From NCBI GenBank assembly GCA_918234285.1, contig CAKJXZ020000059.1, positions 1-10,721 on the forward strand: a stretch of DNA of 10,721 bases, in the 5' to 3' direction. Positions 1-6,164 of this stretch are shown in pieces (the first letter of the stretch is position 1; each line of letters starts with the position of its first letter). The DNA is from Pseudomonadota bacterium (GTDB taxonomy: Bacteria > Pseudomonadota > Alphaproteobacteria > RF32 > CAG-239). Both the position numbers and the translations under genes were made by a program. The notes below the pieces were generated by a model. It did not search any database. It saw nothing but the letters and a program-made list of their open reading frames with translations, and was not told the origin of the DNA.

Positions 1-19
1 CAAGGGAGAGTCTTTTTAT

Positions 20-93
20 TGGAGCGGGCGAGGGGAATCGAACCCCCGTTATAAGCTTGGGAAGCTTCTATTCTACCATTGAATTACGCCCGC
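20..93 (-). tRNA. tRNA-Gly (anticodon CCC), 74 nt, CCA encoded
   Basis: The reverse complement folds into a cloverleaf: GCGGGCG TA ATTC AATGGTA GAAT A GAAGC TTCCCAA GCTTA TAAC GGGGG TTCGATT CCCCT CGCCCGC T CCA. It has a TTCGA T-loop, a CCC anticodon and the U73 discriminator typical of bacterial tRNA-Gly. Confidence 0.97.
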
Positions 94-104
94 GTAACGC
101 CTGC

Positions 105-133
105 ATACTATGTTATAAAAAACGGTTTGGCAA
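105..133 (-). promoter_or_regulatory. Putative sigma70 promoter of tRNA-Gly
   Basis: Minus strand reads TTGCCA (133-128), a 17-nt spacer, then TAGTAT (110-105), followed by a GC-rich GCAGGCG just before the tRNA 5' end. Confidence 0.6.
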
Positions 134-145
134 GCGTTAATATTA

Positions 146-778
146 TTATTGTGCAGAATTCTGCGGCGCCGATGCCGAAGTTGCCAGAGGCTCGGCCTGC
201 GGCGTCGCGTGCGGCGCTACTTGCTCGGAGATGTTGATATTTTGGCGCAGACTTTCGGCCGCCATTTGGTTCATTCTGGCAGAAAATGTCGCAAATGTCA
301 GCGGCAAAGCCAAAGATACGAAAATCAACAAATTGCCGAACAAGCCTTCTTCTTTGGTGCAAGCAGGTGTCGGGCCGTATTTGTTGTCCTTATCGCTCGG
401 GCACAATGTCAATACCAAAACATATAAAACCGAGATTATGGCGATAAAGCTGAACAGAACCAAAACTCCTTCCGGTAGAGCCTTTATCTTGGTAAGTATA
501 CCGGACACGGCCGCCAATACCCACCAACCGGAGCGTCCGGCATCGTGTACGCGGCGCGTTACGGCGGCGATGGTCGGAATTATGGTCAGAATTGCATAGA
601 TTACGGCAACAAATACAAACGGAACGGCGACTGTCACCAAAAACGCCAGTGCTATTTTAATCAGGCCGTCGACGGTTATATAGCTCCAAAATTCGTATTT
701 GTTGCTGCGTCCTTTGAAATCTTTGAACTTAACAAAGGTATCCAAAAAATTATACCATATTTTTATAAAAACGTTCAT
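146..778 (-). CDS. DUF805 (YhaH/YhaI-like) inner-membrane protein with a low-complexity Ala/Pro/Gln/Ser C-terminal tail
   Basis: Family motifs FKDFKGRSNKYEFW, VTRRVHDAGRSGWW and NKYGPTP; several hydrophobic segments; SD AAGGAG upstream; ATGA overlap with the upstream gene. Confidence 0.88.
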   Translation of the reverse strand: MNVFIKIWYNFLDTFVKFKDFKGRSNKYEFWSYITVDGLIKIALAFLVTVAVPFVFVAVIYAILTIIPTIAAVTRRVHDAGRSGWWVLAAVSGILTKIKALPEGVLVLFSFIAIISVLYVLVLTLCPSDKDNKYGPTPACTKEEGLFGNLLIFVSLALPLTFATFSARMNQMAAESLRQNINISEQVAPHATPQAEPLATSASAPQNSAQ

Positions 779-1386
779 TTATTTTCTCCTTTGGAAATAT
801 CTTTTTCTGGTTTTACAATATCATTTTTATTCGCCGCATCAAGGGCAATATCTTGTGTGTGCGCTCCAAAAGCCTTTGTTGCGGATTTTGCCCACATCCC
901 AAAGTGTTTTTTGTTGGGCAGCAGAGTCAAGATAAGCAGTAATAAAAGGCAGAAAGAAATAAGATGAGATTGCGGATAATACATTCCGATGACAAATCCC
1001 GCCAGCGCGGCAATACCTATCGGGGTGCAACCAGCATCATTGAAACGCCGTATGAATAATGCCAAAAACGGAACCAACGGGATATAGGTTGCCATATAAA
1101 TAAGGGATAACATGAAAACACTGTAATCAGGGTCGGCAAACGCATTGACAAGAGCAATAACGTAGCATAAAACACCTGCGCCGGCTAGGCCGAGCATTTG
1201 CAAAGGATATTTCAGTAAAAAAATAATCAAAAAAACAATGTGATATGATGGCAGAAAAATACTTGTAATTATTATGTTTATCAACGCAAAACTCCAGAAC
1301 TCGAGCATTGTGGCGCGTCCGGTGAAGTCGTAGAATTTTTCAAATCCGGAAATGTAGCTGCGGAAAATTTGCTTTAGGAGACTCAT
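775..1386 (-). CDS. DUF805-family membrane protein (divergent second paralog)
   Basis: FYDFTGRATMLEFW and LALFIRRFNDAG match the two DUF805 signature blocks; multiple TM helices; SD AAGGGAG; ATGA overlap with comEC. Confidence 0.82.
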   Translation of the reverse strand: MSLLKQIFRSYISGFEKFYDFTGRATMLEFWSFALINIIITSIFLPSYHIVFLIIFLLKYPLQMLGLAGAGVLCYVIALVNAFADPDYSVFMLSLIYMATYIPLVPFLALFIRRFNDAGCTPIGIAALAGFVIGMYYPQSHLISFCLLLLLILTLLPNKKHFGMWAKSATKAFGAHTQDIALDAANKNDIVKPEKDISKGENK

Positions 1387-3374
1387 TTATCTTCTCCCTT
1401 GTTCCACGCGCGGTGTTTTTTATCATCCCACAGCGGTTGCCAATGCGGCTTATTTCCAAGATAGATATAACCGCCGGCGGTGGTGTTTACTTCTTCGCCG
1501 TTCAGCGTGATGTTGCCGGCCGTATCAAAAGTTACAATGTTTTTATAAACGCACATATCTTCGGCGCATTTTAAGCTGTCAATTTGCAGATTTTCCTGTT
1601 CTTTTTTGCTCAAAATTTTGAGTTGTAAGTTCTCTTGCCACAGCTTTTTAATCCACGAATCATTTTGCCGCGGCAACAATACCAAATCGCCGCCATTGTC
1701 ACGCACCGCAATATCGGCGGCGTACGGCGAAAATACCATATTCGGCTGCGGCGAGGGGAAAAACAGCGGCAAAATCCCGATAAATATCGGCAGCAATCCC
1801 CACCAACGCCAACGTAATTTCCACACGCAGAGCCAAAAGCCGCCAAGTACAATCAGCATAAAGCCCCAAAACGGTAGCGCGTCGGTCAGCCATACGCTAT
1901 GCGGTAAATGCGCCACCCACGCGGTAATCTGATTTAATATACCTAAGCCGAAACCGAGCGCTTTCAGCGGATAAAAGGCCAGATGCAACGGCAGAGCCGC
2001 CAAGCATATCAACACCATCGGCATTAAATATAAGCCGATGAGCGGGCCGGCGAGCAAGTTGCCCAAACTGGTATAGAGTGCCAAACGATGGAAGTGGTAC
2101 AGCGCAAACGGTGCGGTGGCCAAACTGGCAACCAAATCGCAGACCACAATGCCGCATAAATAAAGCCAAATCGTGCCGAAAAAGCCGCGCTTTTGATACG
2201 GGCGGCGCTTGTAACTTTCGTAAAACGCCACCAAGGCATAAACCGCGGCAAACGACATTTGAAAACTGATTGAAATCAGCGCCTGCGGGGCGATGACCAA
2301 CACTACGAGCGCGGCAAAACTCACCATCCTGAGCGAGATTGCCTGCCGGTTGCAAATCACCCCGATAAGCACCACCGTGGTCATAATAAACGCCCGTTGC
2401 GCCGGTATCGCCATGCCGGAAATCAACAGATAAAACGCGCTGAACAAAATGGCGGCAACCGCGGCGATTTTCTTGATGTCGTGACGCAAGGCAAACGCCG
2501 GAAACAGCGCCAATAAAAAGCGGATTAAAAAGAATACCAAACCGGCGATTGCGCCCAAATGCAAGCCGGAAACCGCCAAAAAATGCGCCAGACCGGAATC
2601 CCGATAATCGTTGATGAGTTGTTTGGAAATTTGTGATTTTTCACCGATTAAAACCGCGTCGGCAACTCCGCTTTGCGCCGGCGGTAAAATTGCGTTGATA
2701 TATTCGGTTATCTGCAAACGCAGAGTATTCAGCGCCACCATAAAGCCGTTGTGTGCCGCATTGTTCGGACAATCAATGACAAAAGTTTCGCTGTTGGTAT
2801 AGCCGATGGCGCTCAGGCTCTCGTAAAAATATTTGCGGTCGAGCCGATAGCCTTTGTGTACCGGTAGCGGTTCACGCGGAAAAATCGTGGCAATCATCTC
2901 CACGCATTGTCCGACTTGCACCTCCTGCGGCGCCGGCATCGCGGTTATGCGAAAATTACCCTTGAGCGGCTTATCAAAATCGGTGGCATTATGCAACAAC
3001 AGCCGCATTTTACCGCTTTCGGAAAAGTTGATTTCTTTGATTTGCCCGCTGAGATAAGTCACGGTTTTCTGAGCGATATTTTCAATATTTTTGCTTTGGT
3101 ATAAAGTGCGGGCCTGAATATTCAAAAAGCCGCAACAAAACAAAATCCCGGCTAAGAATAACAAATGAAGACGACGGCGGCGCAACAAATAATACAACAG
3201 CAGCCACAACTCAAAAACGCCGATGCTTATCCAGATACTCGGCTCGGTCGGCAACGCAAAATAAAGCGCGATTCCGGCGGCAAAGCAAAACGGTACCCAC
3301 GCGGTAAGACGCATTTGTTCGGCGGCAAAATTATCCGCGAAATACTGAACCGTCTTGCGCCATAGTTTTTTCAT
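1383..3374 (-). CDS. comEC: ComEC/Rec2 family competence (DNA uptake) channel protein
   Basis: N-terminal TM region and soluble domain, then the competence-domain motifs SGLAHFLAVSGLH, IPAQRAFIM, SISFQMSFAAV and TAPFALYHF. No HxHxDH metallo-beta-lactamase motif is seen, as is usual for alphaproteobacterial ComEC. Confidence 0.93.
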   Translation of the reverse strand: MKKLWRKTVQYFADNFAAEQMRLTAWVPFCFAAGIALYFALPTEPSIWISIGVFELWLLLYYLLRRRRLHLLFLAGILFCCGFLNIQARTLYQSKNIENIAQKTVTYLSGQIKEINFSESGKMRLLLHNATDFDKPLKGNFRITAMPAPQEVQVGQCVEMIATIFPREPLPVHKGYRLDRKYFYESLSAIGYTNSETFVIDCPNNAAHNGFMVALNTLRLQITEYINAILPPAQSGVADAVLIGEKSQISKQLINDYRDSGLAHFLAVSGLHLGAIAGLVFFLIRFLLALFPAFALRHDIKKIAAVAAILFSAFYLLISGMAIPAQRAFIMTTVVLIGVICNRQAISLRMVSFAALVVLVIAPQALISISFQMSFAAVYALVAFYESYKRRPYQKRGFFGTIWLYLCGIVVCDLVASLATAPFALYHFHRLALYTSLGNLLAGPLIGLYLMPMVLICLAALPLHLAFYPLKALGFGLGILNQITAWVAHLPHSVWLTDALPFWGFMLIVLGGFWLCVWKLRWRWWGLLPIFIGILPLFFPSPQPNMVFSPYAADIAVRDNGGDLVLLPRQNDSWIKKLWQENLQLKILSKKEQENLQIDSLKCAEDMCVYKNIVTFDTAGNITLNGEEVNTTAGGYIYLGNKPHWQPLWDDKKHRAWNKGEDK

Positions 3375-4525
3375 TTGCGGTGTTTGAGCCTTTCGATGAT
3401 TTCCGCGGCGGCATTGTCGCTCGGCGTTTGCTCGCCCATCCCCAGCAATTTCCGCAGTTTTTCAAAATTCTCCATTTGCCGGCGATACAGCGTGTTTTGG
3501 CTCAAAAATTGCTCAACGTATTGCAATATGTTGTCCGGATTGCAATCGGTTTGCAACAGCTCCGGCACCACCTCGTAACCGAGCAAAATATTGGTCAGAT
3601 TCACAAACTGAATGTGCAAAACGCGTTTGGCGATCCACTCGGTGAGCTTCGGGACCTTATAAGCTATGATGTGCGGTACATCCAAAATTGCCAGTTCCAG
3701 CGCCACCGTACCCGAAGCGGCGATTGCCACATCGGCATTTTGAAACGCGGCATGGCGTTCTTTTTCGCCCTCAACCACCAAAATCGGCAACTCGGATTCG
3801 GCCACCATTTTTTTAACATGCTCGGCCACGGTGGAAACCGTCGGCAACACAAACGAAAAATCCAAATATTTGGCGTGCAGTTTTTCCACCACCTGCAAAA
3901 AGTCCGGCAAAAGACGCTCCACCTCATTATGGCGCGAACCCGGCAGAACCAGCATCAGGCGGTTGCTTTCCGGAATATTGTGGTTTTTCTTGAAATCGGC
4001 GGCGGCTTTGTCTTTATGCAAAGAATTTTCTATCACTGGATGCCCGACAAAAACCGTATCCAACTTATACGGAGTAAAATATTTCGGCTCATGCGGGAAC
4101 AGCGTGAGCAACAAATCAATATATTTATACATGGTGCGGGCGCGTTTTTTCTTCCAGGCCCAAACTTGCGGCGCCACATAATGCACCTGCAGAATTCCCG
4201 ATTTCAGTTTGCGCAGACATTTATGAATCCGCGCACAAAAACTCCAACTGTCGATGGTAATAACCACATCGGGTTTTTGCCGCACAATTTCAGCAATGGT
4301 TTGATTGATGCGTTTTAAAATTCGCGGAATGCTCGGTATAACTTCGGCTATTCCCATTACCGCCAATTCGGAAATATTAAACAGCGAAGTCAACCCCTGA
4401 TTTTGCATACTTTCGCCGCCGACACCGGCAAAAACGGCATCTTTATCTTGACGGCGGATAGCTTCCATCAAACGCGCACCGAGAGCATCTCCCGACGGTT
4501 CGCCGGCAATCAGATAGTATTTCAT
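3371..4525 (-). CDS. lpxB: Lipid-A-disaccharide synthase
   Basis: 384 aa with motifs IAGEPSGDALG, HYVAPQVWAW, FVGHP, LPGSR and ASGT; SD GGAGG; directly downstream of lpxI. Confidence 0.97.
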   Translation of the reverse strand: MKYYLIAGEPSGDALGARLMEAIRRQDKDAVFAGVGGESMQNQGLTSLFNISELAVMGIAEVIPSIPRILKRINQTIAEIVRQKPDVVITIDSWSFCARIHKCLRKLKSGILQVHYVAPQVWAWKKKRARTMYKYIDLLLTLFPHEPKYFTPYKLDTVFVGHPVIENSLHKDKAAADFKKNHNIPESNRLMLVLPGSRHNEVERLLPDFLQVVEKLHAKYLDFSFVLPTVSTVAEHVKKMVAESELPILVVEGEKERHAAFQNADVAIAASGTVALELAILDVPHIIAYKVPKLTEWIAKRVLHIQFVNLTNILLGYEVVPELLQTDCNPDNILQYVEQFLSQNTLYRRQMENFEKLRKLLGMGEQTPSDNAAAEIIERLKHRK

Positions 4526-5364
4526 TTTTTTACCTCCGTCGGATTGATACCCGTGATAAACATTTTGTATTTATTGGCCAGTTTGATTACCTCCGGCTCG
4601 TCGACAATCAGCGCGTTTCCGGCATGAACGGCAATTCCGCGCATTCCGGCTTTGTGCAAGTTCTCGATGGTGGTTGTGCCGATGGTGGGTAAATCTATGC
4701 GCATATCCTGCTGCGGTTTGCGCAATTTAATCAACACTCCGCCGTCGCCTTTGCGCTGATATGTGCCGCAACGCTCAATCAGTTTGTCGGTTCCTTCGAT
4801 ACCTTCAACTCCGAGCACCAAGCCCTGTTGCACAATCACCGATTGCCCCACGTCCAAACGACCGAGTTCCAATCCGACCTCGATTCCGCGGGCAATATCG
4901 GCAAGCGCCTGTTTATCCGGTTTGCTTTTGGTTAAACAACCTTCTTTAACCAGCAAATCCGGCAAAACTTCGTGAATCCCGACCACTCGCATATTTTCCG
5001 CCTCGATTTCTTTAATCAAAGCGCGTAAAATACCGTCATCGCCGATGGATTTTAAGCCGATTCGCGCAAAAAAGGCCGCCGTACGCAAATCCGGCACCAA
5101 ATCGGAGAAAGTAGGGCGATGAATTGTCCCGATCATCACGATTTCTTCGGCTTTTTGCTCGTGCATTTTTTTGAATCCGGTACCGGCCTGGCCGATACGA
5201 ATCCACTTATGCGGAACATCTTCGGTAAAAATTGCATTGTCGGCGTTGCCCTCAATTGCCAGAACAAAAAAGTCGCGTCCGCTCTGCCGACAATGGTTAA
5301 TTAAAATCTGCGGCAAGATTCCGCCGCCGGCAATAATGCCCAGTTTTTTTTGTTTTGTTTCCAT
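4522..5364 (-). CDS. lpxI: UDP-2,3-diacylglucosamine pyrophosphatase LpxI
   Basis: 280 aa with motifs LGIIAGGG, LDVGQSV, EGIEGTD and KPQQDMRIDLPTIG; adjacent to lpxB. Confidence 0.95.
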   Translation of the reverse strand: METKQKKLGIIAGGGILPQILINHCRQSGRDFFVLAIEGNADNAIFTEDVPHKWIRIGQAGTGFKKMHEQKAEEIVMIGTIHRPTFSDLVPDLRTAAFFARIGLKSIGDDGILRALIKEIEAENMRVVGIHEVLPDLLVKEGCLTKSKPDKQALADIARGIEVGLELGRLDVGQSVIVQQGLVLGVEGIEGTDKLIERCGTYQRKGDGGVLIKLRKPQQDMRIDLPTIGTTTIENLHKAGMRGIAVHAGNALIVDEPEVIKLANKYKMFITGINPTEVKK

Positions 5365-5445
5365 ATTTTAGCCACTTATTTGTTGCGTTATGAGTAGATA
5401 TTATCAAATCAGGCAATAAAAACAACATTTTTTTCAAAAAATGTA

Positions 5446-5474
5446 TTGACAAAAGTTTGCGGGCATGTTATCTT
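5446..5474 (+). promoter_or_regulatory. Putative strong sigma70 promoter for the orphan ORF at 5514
   Basis: TTGACA (5446-5451), 17 nt, TATCTT (5469-5474) with an extended -10 TG; A/T-tract (UP-like) sequence upstream. Confidence 0.7.
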
Positions 5475-5513
5475 TTAGACAGAAAATTACTTTTATCAAA
5501 TTTTTATTATATT

Positions 5514-5786
5514 ATGGAAAAAACAGACATTAAGTTAGTGTGTATCAACGGCGTGTGGATTAGAGAAGACAAGGCTCAAGGTCGTATCAATTCAGTGCGC
5601 AAGGGCGACGAACTCAAGGGACTCCTGGCTGATGACAATGCAAAGAAGCGTCAGCGTCTCAAGGAAGAGGAACATTGCTCTGATGTGGAGATTACCAACA
5701 TCATGCGCACCGATGCCCACCAGAGTATGATTGACATGGGCCTCGGCACCATCAAACGTTGCAGTATCTGCGCCCCAAGGCGTTGA
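5514..5786 (+). CDS. Hypothetical 90-aa soluble protein ending in CSIC (MEKTDIKLVC...KRCSICAPRR)
   Basis: The ORF track starts at TTG 5457, which lies inside the promoter, so the in-frame ATG at 5514 is the plausible start. The ORF is flanked by a promoter and a terminator and has coherent codon bias. No family recognised. Confidence 0.75.
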   Translation: MEKTDIKLVCINGVWIREDKAQGRINSVRKGDELKGLLADDNAKKRQRLKEEEHCSDVEITNIMRTDAHQSMIDMGLGTIKRCSICAPRR

Positions 5787-5808
5787 GATACTGATTGAAC
5801 CAAACCAC

Positions 5809-5859
5809 AAAAGGTCAATATCAAGCCCAGTAAGCTTAGTATTGACCTTTTCCTTTTTT
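5809..5859 (+). terminator. Intrinsic terminator-like hairpin after the 90-aa ORF
   Basis: AAAAGGTCAATA (5809-5820) pairs with TATTGACCTTTT (5840-5851), with an inner AAGC/GCTT stem, followed by CCTTTTTT. Confidence 0.75.
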
Positions 5860-5870
5860 AAAAAACATTG

Positions 5871-5899
5871 TTGACAATTCAAAAAACGTGTGCTACACC
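5871..5899 (+). promoter_or_regulatory. Putative sigma70 promoter for the 46-aa small ORF
   Basis: TTGACA (5871-5876), 17 nt, TACACC (5894-5899) preceded by TGTGC; A-tract upstream. The -10 lacks the -7 T, which is common in alphaproteobacterial promoters. Confidence 0.65.
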
Positions 5900-5931
5900 G
5901 CAACCGCTTTATTTATTAAATACATATAATT

Positions 5932-6072
5932 ATGGCACACAAATCAAAAAGTTTCGAAAAAGTTGCGAAAAAGCAACGCGGAGAGTTCAAGAAAGTTCAT
6001 GAGAAGACCGAGTACCAGCGCGAGCGTGACGCAGTGCACAAGAAGCGCAAGCATCAACGCGACGCCGCCTGA
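5932..6072 (+). CDS. Small basic protein, 46 aa (MAHKSKSFEKVAKKQRGEFKKVHEKTEYQRERDAVHKKRKHQRDAA), not in the supplied ORF track
   Basis: Translated by hand from ATG 5932 to TGA 6072. It lies between a promoter and a terminator, has a leader resembling that of the 5514 ORF, and contains 11 K, 5 R and 4 H. Confidence 0.72.
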   Translation: MAHKSKSFEKVAKKQRGEFKKVHEKTEYQRERDAVHKKRKHQRDAA

Positions 6073-6112
6073 GCAGTTCCGTCTTTGACTTTGTAAAAAA
6101 TCCGTTTAATAA

Positions 6113-6153
6113 GAAATGCCGTTGAAATCAATCAACGGCATTTCGCTTTTTTT
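6113..6153. terminator. Intrinsic terminator, probably shared by the small ORF (+) and convergent glgP (-)
   Basis: Perfect 13-bp stem GAAATGCCGTTGA (6113-6125) / TCAACGGCATTTC (6132-6144), with a T7 tract at 6147-6153 and A-rich sequence on the other side. Confidence 0.85.
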
Positions 6154-6164
6154 AGGTCAGGTTT

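Noticed and set aside
51-67. G-A mismatch at the top of the tRNA anticodon stem (27-43) as a sign of a pseudo-tRNA
   Set aside because: All other stems, the conserved loops, the CCA end and a promoter are intact, and mismatches at this pair are tolerated in functional tRNAs.
1-93. tRNA-Gly(CCC) as an integration site for a genomic island
   Set aside because: Only 19 bp downstream of the tRNA are visible. No duplicate of the tRNA 3' end and no integrase are seen in the window.
3380-4318. 312-aa plus-strand ORF
   Set aside because: Antisense shadow of lpxB with no recognisable motifs.
5457-5513. N-terminal extension of the 109-aa ORF given in the track
   Set aside because: The TTG start lies between the -35 and -10 boxes of the predicted promoter, so it would not be transcribed. 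ATG 5514 is preferred.
5592-5903. 103-aa minus-strand ORF
   Set aside because: It is antisense to the better-supported 5514-5786 gene and runs through a terminator and a promoter.
5514-6072. The two small ORFs as a toxin-antitoxin pair
   Set aside because: They are separated by a terminator and a second promoter. No RelE, MazF, PIN, HicA, RHH or HTH signature is recognisable, and neither is a hydrophobic type I toxin.
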